Shown here one piece after another: positions 55,372 through 63,926 of a DNA stretch of 64,000 nt (positions are counted from its first letter, which is position 1; every line of letters begins with the position of its first letter). The notes below the pieces were generated by a model. That model had not been told where the DNA came from, ran no database searches, and saw nothing but the letters and a program-made list of their open reading frames with translations. A program made the translations under genes and the position numbers. Source of the DNA: a virus; the IMG/VR virus record IMGVR_UViG_3300029183_000001, positions 1,900-65,899 of that record, one strand, 5' to 3'.

Positions 55372-55946
55372 GATACCATTATTTTGGGTTCACACCTCAA
55401 TCTCGGCCATTCTGGATGATTCACATGGGCCATAAATCTTCTCGCCATAATGCAGTCAGGGATCAACCCAACCATGATAAACTGCTCCATAATCAATCTC
55501 TTCAAATCTCTCACCGCTCCCCGCACCATGTCCTCCATCCACAATCTCTCTTCCTTCGTGAAGTTCACATTGTTCTTCCTCACTTCGATAAACAAGCTCA
55601 TGCCCTCCTTAATCTGCTTCTCTGCCATTTCTTCTGCTCTGAGTTCGGCAACCATAAAATTCCTGAATCTCTGTCCATGCATCTTGCAGAACCAAAGCTC
55701 TGCAAGTTCAATAAGCTCATCACCTATTGGCTCCCAATACTCTTCTGGCACCATTTCTAAAGTTTCTGGATCAATCACATACATTTGGTCAAAGTTCTCA
55801 TCATCCTTAATCACATAACCTAAAACCTGGGCCGCTTCCCAATTATCAATCTCTGCCTCGAAGCTGATCACTCCGTTATTGAAATACAACGTGTTCTCTG
55901 CGAAGAAGAGGTCATGCTTGTCTGAATTGAATACTAAATTTTTCAT
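55368..55946 (-). CDS. hypothetical protein, first gene after operator-promoter at 55983
   Basis: 192-aa ORF. Confidence 0.75.
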   Translation of the reverse strand: MKNLVFNSDKHDLFFAENTLYFNNGVISFEAEIDNWEAAQVLGYVIKDDENFDQMYVIDPETLEMVPEEYWEPIGDELIELAELWFCKMHGQRFRNFMVAELRAEEMAEKQIKEGMSLFIEVRKNNVNFTKEERLWMEDMVRGAVRDLKRLIMEQFIMVGLIPDCIMARRFMAHVNHPEWPRLRCEPKIMVS

Positions 55947-55982
55947 TGCTCTAATACTTCTGATTTAATTGTTTTGACGAGT

Positions 55983-56014
55983 TAAATATATAATTTATAT
56001 ATCGAAACTGCAAA
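55983..56014 (-). promoter_or_regulatory. promoter (TTTG-N20-TATATTTA) with perfect palindrome at 55986-56002
   Basis: + strand taaatata-taatttatatatcgaaactg-caaa. Confidence 0.85.
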
Positions 56015-56015
56015 T

Positions 56016-56046
56016 AAAAAAGGGAGGAACTTTTTGGCCCCTCCCT
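56016..56046 (-). terminator. intrinsic terminator
   Basis: agggagg/cctccct stem with A-tract on + strand. Confidence 0.65.
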
Positions 56047-56071
56047 CAACCTGAAATCCATATAATGGAAT

Positions 56072-56938
56072 CTATTTTAACGCCTCCGCGAATTCAATCG
56101 TCTCTCTCTCTTTGTACCCGAAATCCTTAACGAATAGATCAACCATGTCATTCTTCCTGTTATTGGAAAAATAGTGAGTCACCATGTTATGGAGACCAAA
56201 TCCATTCATCCCCAATGCCTTACTCTCAATGTCCCATGATTCCATCAATCCGGTCACGATGTTCGTCTTTCGAGTGGAGACCTTTTTTCCATCAATGATC
56301 ACTTCCTTCCCCGTTGCCAACATTCTCACTTGCTTCCTCTCCAACTCAGTCCATCCACCAATGAGATCATAAACATTGCTCCGATTGACTTTGATGTCTG
56401 CCAATCTCTCCAATCTCTGAATGTGAGCGTCTTGATTGACTCTAAACATCTCCATTCTAAAACTGAACTCGCTGACCATTTTCTCGAGTTCCCGGTTGTG
56501 ATTGACTGAAAGGTGCACATCCGTGGATCGAAACATATTATCACATCTGTGGATCTGCCCACTTCCTCCAATTGATAACTTCTTACTCCCATCCCTGGAA
56601 TCAAAAAGAACAACGTGAGACTCAAACGAGTGACCCAAAATGTTGAATCCTTCGGAGCCATTCATCTTCAATGCGGATAGAACTTTTTTCCCACCCTTGT
56701 AAGTTCCATAATGGGCAACCTCATAACCTGTGGACTCAGCCACTCGGTTAGTCAATTCCATGAACTCTTCATTGGTGAATAGACGGTAACCGGGGGTCAT
56801 GTAACTTAGGATATCCCCAGTCTTGTCATTGATCAATGCAACCTTCTTAGGATCGATTATCTCCTTCCCGCTTGGGAGTTGAATTTTGATGGGTGCTTTT
56901 ACTACTTCAAAATCTAAGGTATCGGTGTAATTACTCAT
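56072..56938 (-). CDS. DUF932/DUF945-family protein
   Basis: VLFDSRDGSKKLSIGG...RCDNMF; GMNGFGLHNMVTHY. Confidence 0.8.
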   Translation of the reverse strand: MSNYTDTLDFEVVKAPIKIQLPSGKEIIDPKKVALINDKTGDILSYMTPGYRLFTNEEFMELTNRVAESTGYEVAHYGTYKGGKKVLSALKMNGSEGFNILGHSFESHVVLFDSRDGSKKLSIGGSGQIHRCDNMFRSTDVHLSVNHNRELEKMVSEFSFRMEMFRVNQDAHIQRLERLADIKVNRSNVYDLIGGWTELERKQVRMLATGKEVIIDGKKVSTRKTNIVTGLMESWDIESKALGMNGFGLHNMVTHYFSNNRKNDMVDLFVKDFGYKERETIEFAEALK

Positions 56939-56972
56939 GATTAAAATTTTATGTTTTGACTAATTTGATTTA

Positions 56973-57404
56973 CTAACTTCTGTTTGTCAATTTCATGATC
57001 AAAGCCTCATTATTCGTTCCAACTTGATTGAACAAAAAAACCTCCTCCTCAATGCTTCTCACTGCATCTTCGATGTTATCATGCAAAATTGGGTCATCCA
57101 TCATTGGCTCTCCATAATTGCACACTCCATAAAAATACCCGTTCAAACTTGCGACCTTGATAAATCTACCTCCGCATTCATACAACTTCTCAATCACCTC
57201 GTTCTCATAAGCATGATCATATGTTTCGCACAACATCTCACACAACTCCAAATACTCCTCCTCTTTCATTCTATTGGCCAATTCTTCCAATACTACATTC
57301 ATAACCGTGTCGGCCTGATCCCTTTTGTCATTCATTAATTGATACGTGATGTTCTTTAGAGTCTCAGTATTCTGGGCCTGGACTTTGATTTTTATTTTTT
57401 GCAT
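56973..57404 (-). CDS. hypothetical protein, first gene after operator-promoter at 57436
   Basis: 143-aa ORF. Confidence 0.75.
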   Translation of the reverse strand: MQKIKIKVQAQNTETLKNITYQLMNDKRDQADTVMNVVLEELANRMKEEEYLELCEMLCETYDHAYENEVIEKLYECGGRFIKVASLNGYFYGVCNYGEPMMDDPILHDNIEDAVRSIEEEVFLFNQVGTNNEALIMKLTNRS

Positions 57405-57435
57405 TGCTTAAGATTTAATTGTTTTGACTACGTTG

Positions 57436-57455
57436 AAGATATATAATTTATATAT
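57436..57455 (-). promoter_or_regulatory. promoter -7 variant with perfect palindrome at 57439-57455
   Basis: + strand aagatatataatttatatat. Confidence 0.75.
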
Positions 57456-57547
57456 ACGCCACAAGCATAACTGTAAAAAATATGGGCGGTCCGTGATTCT
57501 TCAATCACACAACACGCGCCCACGAACTTAAGGATGTTAAGACTCTT

Positions 57548-58114
57548 TTATATCTCCACCTGGATCTCCCCTACATTGCGCAGGCTATCGGTGATATATT
57601 CCTTGACTGCTCTTTTAATCGGATTCGTGAAATCCACTACACTTATATCCTTTAGGTTTTTCTCGATCTCAGCAACCGCCTCCTTGATAAAATTGCTTCC
57701 CCGTTTGAATCTTTGATACCAACTCAAAGGAGCTCCAAACTTTTTCTGCAGGGTCGCCAATGCAAACGCGGCACTCTTCGCCTCCTTCTCATCCAATCCC
57801 AAATTCCTCCAATACGCATATAACCCCTGGATGTATAATGATGTACCACCTTTCCCCCTTGATCCTATCTCATATGGGATCTTCTCCGGAGGCACTCCAA
57901 TGCTGTGATAAACTCCATATGTCTTCATGTAAATCAACGCCTCAAACAATGGCATCACTCCACTCACTTCCTGCCTAACTGATTCCCTGAGCGCTCCGGT
58001 CCCCCGCATATTCTTCTCATCGATCTTCGTGACAATGATCTCAATCGCCTCCTCTCCCTTCTTCTTCAATATTTCCTTAAGGTTGATCTCTTGTACTTTC
58101 TCCCTTAGAGTCAT
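57548..58114 (-). CDS. putative neck / tail-completion protein
   Basis: RGTGALRESVR...YGVYHSIG...NFIKEAV pattern of HK97 gp10-like proteins. Confidence 0.55.
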   Translation of the reverse strand: MTLREKVQEINLKEILKKKGEEAIEIIVTKIDEKNMRGTGALRESVRQEVSGVMPLFEALIYMKTYGVYHSIGVPPEKIPYEIGSRGKGGTSLYIQGLYAYWRNLGLDEKEAKSAAFALATLQKKFGAPLSWYQRFKRGSNFIKEAVAEIEKNLKDISVVDFTNPIKRAVKEYITDSLRNVGEIQVEI

Positions 58115-58851
58115 TACCTGGACTTATGAATCATGTTTTTGAACTTCTGGAAGTTCCACGCCACATCTTCAGAATCAACCTCTTTCCTCAATGAGATCGT
58201 CCCGACAATCCCCACCAGGAAATCCCCCATGTGCACATAACCTCCCTTGACATTAGCATTATCCTCCTCCCACATGGCCCATCTTTGATTGCTAATCGCA
58301 TACTGCAGATCCGCACTCTGTATTGGATCATCTCCATCTGCCACTCTGTGAGCAATGTAATTCTCATTCTCCCAACTATACGTAATGCTCTGGCCATCAT
58401 TGATCTTGAAATAGCCGGCCTCTCTGATATAATCGATCACTTGATGCCATAACTTTCTCACATCAATTTTGATCTGCTCCTTATCTCTCTTCCCACAATA
58501 TTTGCACTTATCACAGTCAGCGATATACCTGTCAATGATCGCCAACTCAAACCGGTCTCTATCTTTTGACATCTTTTGGAATGGCCCCAACATCTCAATC
58601 GTCTCCACGTTGAGCGTGCATATAGGGTACAACTCATCCTTATTTCTGATAAAAGCATGATCAACGCTCTTCGGGTCATTGATCATTATTTCAAAATTAG
58701 GAATCCCATCAGCAACCCAACTCTTTACATATGCAAAGCTCTGGATCCTCTGACAAGGGTTGCCCTCCACTATTGGGGAAAACATCACCGCCTCCTTCAC
58801 AAGCCGTATTAAATCCCCCTCATTGAAATCATTAGAACATACAGAACTCAT
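58114..58851 (-). CDS. putative tail terminator protein
   Basis: Coupled to neck gene; FELAIIDRY, DFLVGIVGTISL. Confidence 0.45.
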   Translation of the reverse strand: MSSVCSNDFNEGDLIRLVKEAVMFSPIVEGNPCQRIQSFAYVKSWVADGIPNFEIMINDPKSVDHAFIRNKDELYPICTLNVETIEMLGPFQKMSKDRDRFELAIIDRYIADCDKCKYCGKRDKEQIKIDVRKLWHQVIDYIREAGYFKINDGQSITYSWENENYIAHRVADGDDPIQSADLQYAISNQRWAMWEEDNANVKGGYVHMGDFLVGIVGTISLRKEVDSEDVAWNFQKFKNMIHKSR

Positions 58852-58866
58852 GGAAGTAAAGATAAT

Positions 58867-58900
58867 AAAAATGGGGCGTCATTATGGGAGGTGACGCCCC
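58867..58900 (-). terminator. intrinsic terminator
   Basis: minus strand ggggcgtca-cctcccataa-tgacgcccc-attttt. Confidence 0.75.
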
Positions 58901-58955
58901 GATGGTTTGGAATTATCTAAGTTAGGAGGATTAGATGGCTCGCAAAATATGACTT

Positions 58956-59603
58956 TTAATTGAATTCATCGAGATAAAAGTTGAGACTCTTTTTGCTCTT
59001 CTCAAATACCCAAAAATAACAATGATGTTTCCGAGCATGGCTCTGTTCCTCAATATTCGTCATCCGATTCTTCGCCAAAAGTATAAATAGATCCTTTGGA
59101 TAGAATCCAATTTCAACCGCCATATTCATTACCAGGACATGGCTCATGTACTGCTTCCTTCCATGTACTACATCCTGACATTTGAATATCACTATCCCAC
59201 CAGGAAGCAAGATCCTCCAAAACTCTTTCAGTGAATTGTAATACATCTTCCTTAATTCCGGTGGGTTCTTGAATCTCCCAAACCTCTGCTCAATCTTCCC
59301 CTTGCTCTCTGACTCTCCACCAATGATAAAAGGTGGGTCAAACATGATCGTCTCCAACCAATTGTTTGGGAACATATGGAGATCTTGACTGTCAGCCTCC
59401 AGGACTCCTTCAACCTGGGGCTTGAGATCTGAGATGTGTTGCGGTTCTTGAATTCTTCTCCCTTTATAGAAATTCCCAATTGAATAGGTTGGGTCCAGAT
59501 CAATCCTCTTCTGTGGAGAATGAAGATGGAGGATGTCAGCAATCATCTCCTCCTCATCATAACCAACACTCCTAACAAGATCTCCAAACAACGTATTATT
59601 CAT
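58956..59603 (-). CDS. putative amino (N6-A/N4-C) DNA methyltransferase
   Basis: IDLDPTYSIGNFY, catalytic MFDPPF, RILLPGGIVIFKCQD. Confidence 0.75.
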   Translation of the reverse strand: MNNTLFGDLVRSVGYDEEEMIADILHLHSPQKRIDLDPTYSIGNFYKGRRIQEPQHISDLKPQVEGVLEADSQDLHMFPNNWLETIMFDPPFIIGGESESKGKIEQRFGRFKNPPELRKMYYNSLKEFWRILLPGGIVIFKCQDVVHGRKQYMSHVLVMNMAVEIGFYPKDLFILLAKNRMTNIEEQSHARKHHCYFWVFEKSKKSLNFYLDEFN

Positions 59604-59847
59604 CAGCCGCGATTATTGATAATATGATCTCTGAGCATTGTTTAGGGATGGACTGCCTGTCCATGTCGAATAACAGCGCAGACGGGAACAATTCATGTAT
59701 CCTATTTTTCTTCCACCCTGTGAAAATATATTCCAACTTATACGGATCACGCGGTATCATTTTCCTGGACTTGCTGAAAATGAAGCATCCCTTAGATCCA
59801 TACACCATAACCAAATTCCTCCCTTCTATTGGTTTTACTACTATCAT
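59596..59847 (-). CDS. hypothetical protein
   Basis: 83-aa ORF, coupled. Confidence 0.6.
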   Translation of the reverse strand: MIVVKPIEGRNLVMVYGSKGCFIFSKSRKMIPRDPYKLEYIFTGWKKNRIHELFPSALLFDMDRQSIPKQCSEIILSIIAADE

Positions 59848-60104
59848 AATTTAGGTTTGTCATTCCATGGTAAACTCCTCCACAAAATATCTCTCACTTC
59901 TGACTTATAAAAATATCTCCTCTCTCCCTTCGGAAACCACCTCCCATTCACTCTCATCCTGAACCTGGGCGCGCCCTTCCAACCTCTCTCCTCCCCCCAT
60001 AACTCACAATCAAACAATTCAACCCTATGACTCTTCTTGTCTCCCTTTGCCTCTATTTTGAGCAAAAACGTAATTCTCGGTTTCCTCTTTTCGCTCACAA
60101 TCAA
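59844..60104 (-). CDS. hypothetical protein
   Basis: 86-aa ORF. Confidence 0.65.
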   Translation of the reverse strand: MIVSEKRKPRITFLLKIEAKGDKKSHRVELFDCELWGEERGWKGAPRFRMRVNGRWFPKGERRYFYKSEVRDILWRSLPWNDKPKL

Positions 60105-60180
60105 CTGTTTATCAGCAAAATAAACTGGGCTCTATCTGCTGTGCTACACTTGCCGCGGTTGCACATGACAGCTGCTCGGA

Positions 60181-60492
60181 TTAACAACCTGGCCAACTCA
60201 TGAACACATTATAATTCCTGAATCTCCACACATGCAAAAATCCAATCTTGATCAAATACGCATCCGTCTTTCCAAATGATGTTTGATTCAATCTCTTAAT
60301 CCAGATCTTGAAACTCCTTCTCCAAAAAAACTTCCACACTGGCCGGTCATCAGTCCGGATCTTCCTTCTGTGATATCCCCACGGATCTTCCAGGAATAAC
60401 GCTTTTAATCTTTTGACATATTCCGGTCCTGGGTGATTCTCCCAATCACACCCGGATCTCCTCGGCTTTAATTCATGTCTTGGATTCTTCAT
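60181..60492 (-). CDS. hypothetical basic protein
   Basis: 103-aa ORF; its ATG overlaps the TGA of the -1 frame chaperone extension. Confidence 0.6.
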   Translation of the reverse strand: MKNPRHELKPRRSGCDWENHPGPEYVKRLKALFLEDPWGYHRRKIRTDDRPVWKFFWRRSFKIWIKRLNQTSFGKTDAYLIKIGFLHVWRFRNYNVFMSWPGC

Positions 60493-61720
60493 ATCTGTGC
60501 ATTTTCTATACTCATTAGCTTCAAAGCATTTTCAAATATGCTCCTCTTCACTGATTCAATCGGCTTCTCATTACCCACCTGGAAGTACGCCCCCTTCAAT
60601 AATCTCACATAAATAGAATCATAATCTATCCTCTCAAAGATATCACGATTCATCCTCCGCATCACCTCCTTCCTCTTCGCGAACGACTTTTGGTCCCCCG
60701 AGTAGTTCTTCTCTTCCGGCGGAGTAAAAAACCATTTGTTCTTGGGATCTTCTTTGAGGGCTTCCCAAAACCGTTCAAAAAAAAAAGAATATCCAACCCA
60801 TCACACATATTGATGCAGGGAGCAATCTTGTCATCTCCTCGATATCCACTAAAGAACTCAACTCTCTCGTCCAACCAAATATCAAAACTCTTATCATCTG
60901 CAGGCATTTCATCCCAACCTCTGATAATTGAAAACAATGAGATCTTAGTGATACACTTCATAAATGAAAAATGCGCCCTCGCTTTCCATCCATCGACTCC
61001 CTCATATTTCTCATCCTCCGGTATGCCATCAATCAACTTCGTATATCGGTACTGGATCTTAAGGGACTCGACCACCTGTTGAGTCGTGATGAATGGTAAC
61101 ACTTTCTTCTCCATCACCTTCTTCACATAGATGACAGGGATCTTGCATTTCTGCTTCCTGTGCCTATACTTGCAATCCTGTCCCTTTGATCTGAGCCTGG
61201 GTTCATACATCGTGATCATGTTAATCGCCCTCTTGTAAAGCTCTGAGGCCGTCATGACGATCATTTCTCCCGACTCATCAACCCCAATCTCCTCATTCCA
61301 ATCTTCTCTTAACTCCTTCATCAAGACTCCCATTGGGATCAACTTAACCAACTCCATATCAACCTCGTAGAATTCACTTATGAAACCCTGTACCAATTGT
61401 ATGTGCACATCCTCCCTGTAGATGTCCTTCACCGCATCACCGATCGTCATGGATTTTTTCTCCCCCTTCTCATCCTGGAAACTGATTCTCCTTCTGTGAA
61501 ACTTCTTACTCATCGCCTCACTGAGGCTGATTTTCTTCCTCCTGCAGAACTCATCAATGGCCAATTCTGAATCCAACCCCTTCCTCAAATATTGGTTGAT
61601 ATGATCCAATTGAAAGATCCCCACGATGTAGGTGTCGAAACCAATGTCCCTAAATGTCAAAGGCACCTGAATCTCTCCAAGTACCTTCTTACCCTTTAAT
61701 AATTCAAAATTTACTTTCAC
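60489..61720 (-). CDS. tail assembly chaperone GT-like -1 frameshift product (about 410 aa)
   Basis: -1 frame stays open for 96 codons (FERFWEALKEDP...SIFENALKLMSIENAQI) and stops on the next gene's ATGA. Confidence 0.65.
60662..61720 (-). CDS. putative tail assembly chaperone (G-like, 0 frame)
   Basis: 352 aa ending in DGLDILFF at a T10 run. Confidence 0.6.
   Translation of the reverse strand: MKVNFELLKGKKVLGEIQVPLTFRDIGFDTYIVGIFQLDHINQYLRKGLDSELAIDEFCRRKKISLSEAMSKKFHRRRISFQDEKGEKKSMTIGDAVKDIYREDVHIQLVQGFISEFYEVDMELVKLIPMGVLMKELREDWNEEIGVDESGEMIVMTASELYKRAINMITMYEPRLRSKGQDCKYRHRKQKCKIPVIYVKKVMEKKVLPFITTQQVVESLKIQYRYTKLIDGIPEDEKYEGVDGWKARAHFSFMKCITKISLFSIIRGWDEMPADDKSFDIWLDERVEFFSGYRGDDKIAPCINMCDGLDILFFLNGFGKPSKKIPRTNGFLLRRKRRTTRGTKSRSRRGRR
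60777..60786 (-). other. slippery sequence T TTT TTT (T10)
   Basis: minus strand GAT ATT CTT TTT TTT TTG AAC. Confidence 0.65.
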
Positions 61721-61723
61721 TGA

Positions 61724-62440
61724 TTAGGACGCCAACTCATTTACTTTTTCCTGGATGGCCTGTTTAGCTGCCTTGATTCCATTTTCTAATCTCTGTGACT
61801 CATCCCAATTCCTTAGATCAATCCGGCTCTCTTCTGGAATAAATTCATTGACAAAATCAACCAATCCTCCCAAACCTCCAAACTCCTCAACCAATTGGTC
61901 ATCTGTCTTCTTAACCAGATCATTAAAGATCTCTGCTTCCTGTACCCCTCCATCAACCTTGTTCTTCTCCTCCTTCCTCTCCGCTCGATTCTCAAACGAA
62001 TTCTTCTGAACCTGCATCTCTCCATTAGCAGTACTCGCAGCCGCTTCCTGACTTTTTTTTTGCGCATCGGAGAATTCTTGCTTGCTGTAAGTCTGTACTT
62101 GATAATTCCGATTAGATCTGCTCGTATGAACAACCCCATCTGTACTTCCTCCCCCCTGGACTGTCATCTTTGCCACTGGCGCTGATTTACTACTGGAAAA
62201 ACTTTTCAAATTGTTCTGTTTCAATTGGTGGATCTCTTGATGCATATCCCTTCCATTGAACCCATCGAAATTCCTGGTAATCCAATTGGTAAACTGATCA
62301 CTCATGTGTGAACTGTGATCAACCGCTTCCCACTCCATCACCTTCACCATAAGAGACTTCGCAGACTTGATCATATCTGCCTTAATCTGATTCGGGGTCC
62401 TTTGGGCTTTCGCCTTCTTCTTTGTTCTTGTTGTTGCCAT
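61724..62440 (-). CDS. hypothetical protein
   Basis: 238-aa ORF upstream of chaperone. Confidence 0.75.
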   Translation of the reverse strand: MATTRTKKKAKAQRTPNQIKADMIKSAKSLMVKVMEWEAVDHSSHMSDQFTNWITRNFDGFNGRDMHQEIHQLKQNNLKSFSSSKSAPVAKMTVQGGGSTDGVVHTSRSNRNYQVQTYSKQEFSDAQKKSQEAAASTANGEMQVQKNSFENRAERKEEKNKVDGGVQEAEIFNDLVKKTDDQLVEEFGGLGGLVDFVNEFIPEESRIDLRNWDESQRLENGIKAAKQAIQEKVNELAS

Positions 62441-62452
62441 TTAGTTAATTTG

Positions 62453-62480
62453 AAAAACCGGGGCGACTTTCATCACCCCG
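62453..62480 (-). terminator. intrinsic terminator with GAAA tetraloop
   Basis: minus strand cggggtgat-gaaa-gtcgccccg-gttttt. Confidence 0.8.
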
Positions 62481-62565
62481 ATTATTGTTCGTCAAAACAA
62501 TTATAATCACAAGCATCAACGATCCACCAGGACGGTGGATATAAAGCTGAACGCTTAGATATAAC
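62453..62565 (-). ncRNA. candidate small regulatory RNA with three hairpins, antisense to phage 5' leaders
   Basis: Bounded by promoter at 62570 and terminator at 62453; contains taattgttttgacgaac complementary to leaders at 2647, 55966, 57416 and 63911. Confidence 0.55.
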
Positions 62566-62569
62566 TCTT

Positions 62570-62589
62570 CAAATATATAAATTATATAC
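62570..62589 (-). promoter_or_regulatory. TATATTTG promoter with palindrome at 62573-62589 (1 mismatch)
   Basis: + strand caaatatataaattatatac. Confidence 0.8.
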
Positions 62590-63124
62590 TATATGTCTTC
62601 TCTTCTGGTCTTTTGATTTTAGATAAATCCAATTGAACTGTAACGGCCACATCACTTAAATTCGGCCAACTCCCTACATGTTTAAATTTGAAATCCTGAT
62701 AATTCAACTTCGCTGTCTCATCATCAAAGATCTCCAACATGATTGCCAATGCCAATTGCGCAGGACCGGAGCCCCCATATCCCCAATTGAATCCAGTGGG
62801 CGAATGCCTCCTATAAGTCAAACTTCTGCCAATATTCAGCTTCTTCCCCATCAACTCAACAGTACGCTCTCCATCATCCTCAATCGTTCCTCTGATCCAT
62901 ATTCTCAACACTCCCTTATTCCACCCCTTCTCCAAATTATCGAGACTGGTTAATGCCCCTGTGTACTTATCCCACGTCTTCCATTCTCCTCCACAACTAT
63001 ACACAACCCATGCCGCATTCTTCGATGGGTGAACCTCTTTGACAATTCCCGGTGAACTATCTCCAAATGTTGAGGTATAAGTCACCTTATCTCCTCTCTT
63101 TAATTCCGATTTATTTACCATCAC
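62582..63124 (-). CDS. DUF6166-type protein with N-terminal SH3-like domain
   Basis: RRHSPTGFNWGYGGSGPAQLALAIML. Confidence 0.75.
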   Translation of the reverse strand: MMVNKSELKRGDKVTYTSTFGDSSPGIVKEVHPSKNAAWVVYSCGGEWKTWDKYTGALTSLDNLEKGWNKGVLRIWIRGTIEDDGERTVELMGKKLNIGRSLTYRRHSPTGFNWGYGGSGPAQLALAIMLEIFDDETAKLNYQDFKFKHVGSWPNLSDVAVTVQLDLSKIKRPEEKTYSI

Positions 63125-63299
63125 TTTTAGATTTATTCCAATTCAAATACTGCTCCCAATATTCCGGCCACGTCTCTTTAATCTTAACCAGATTGAACGG
63201 ATCAGCCGACATCACACAAGATCCCAAACATCTCACGAAACTCCCTCCATAGGAAATCATATTCTCTCCAACCATCAACTGTTCTTCTCTACTGATCAT
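63111..63299 (-). CDS. small conserved-type phage protein
   Basis: YGGSFVRCLG...ADPFNLVKIKETWPEYW. Confidence 0.75.
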   Translation of the reverse strand: MISREEQLMVGENMISYGGSFVRCLGSCVMSADPFNLVKIKETWPEYWEQYLNWNKSKSDGK

Positions 63300-63310
63300 A
63301 ACCTGGAATT

Positions 63311-63343
63311 AAAAGGGGCTGGCCTCACTACAAGCCAACCCCC
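63311..63343 (-). terminator. terminator-like hairpin
   Basis: ggggctggc/gccaacccc stem with A-tract on + strand. Confidence 0.55.
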
Positions 63344-63500
63344 TGTGTAAAGAGCAAAAAAACTGTCTATTATCATCCTGGGATCTCATCCCCATTCTTG
63401 ATTCACTTTTGAAAATTGGAGCGGATCTATCCATTGACCTATCCAACTCCAATTCAGTTCTGATTTAAAATAAGCTATAAAAATAACTCTTTCACGTCCG

Positions 63501-63545
63501 AAAAAAGGAAGAGGGCGTTTGGTCGGCCACATCCCTCTCTCCTTT
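63501..63545 (-). terminator. terminator-like hairpin after SH3-fold gene
   Basis: aggaagaggg/ccctctctcct imperfect stem with A6 tract. Confidence 0.55.
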
Positions 63546-63560
63546 CTACTTAAAACAAAA

Positions 63561-63905
63561 TTACGGACTGGTGATCGCCTCTCTATTCGAGACCTCAACA
63601 CAAATATAATTTTCGATTCTGAAGCTCCTAAAAGCCCCTCTCATCATATCCCAATACGTGATCACATCTCTCACCTCTCTCTCACTCCCTTTGAATTCAT
63701 AATCAATCAAATCTTCCTTCAACGTTCCCAATGCCTGCCTCGTCGTGTTGGTTGATTTCTTGACATACCAAAACTCCTTCATCCCGGTTTTCATTTCCTG
63801 GATGATTCGGTACTTCATCCATGCTCTTTTCAAGCACTCAGAAAAGGTATCAAACAACCCCTTCTTCGAATATGCCCATGCATCTTTAAATATCTCTGAT
63901 CTCAT
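63561..63905 (-). CDS. WYL_2/DUF2693-type SH3-fold protein
   Basis: CLKRAW...FWYVKKS...RQALGTL...VITYWDMMRGAFRSFR. Confidence 0.8.
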   Translation of the reverse strand: MRSEIFKDAWAYSKKGLFDTFSECLKRAWMKYRIIQEMKTGMKEFWYVKKSTNTTRQALGTLKEDLIDYEFKGSEREVRDVITYWDMMRGAFRSFRIENYICVEVSNREAITSP

Positions 63906-63926
63906 GACTCAATTGTTTTGACATAC

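Noticed and set aside
62487-62503. Reversed leader motif as the start of a plus-strand promoter
   Set aside because: No TAnnTTTG or palindrome lies upstream of it on the plus strand, and no plus-strand gene follows
313-63755. All plus-strand ORFs in the track (for example 8216-9004, 3428-4027, 40306-40869)
   Set aside because: They are antisense shadows of well-supported minus-strand genes, with Ser/Leu/Phe/Pro-rich composition and no motifs or promoters
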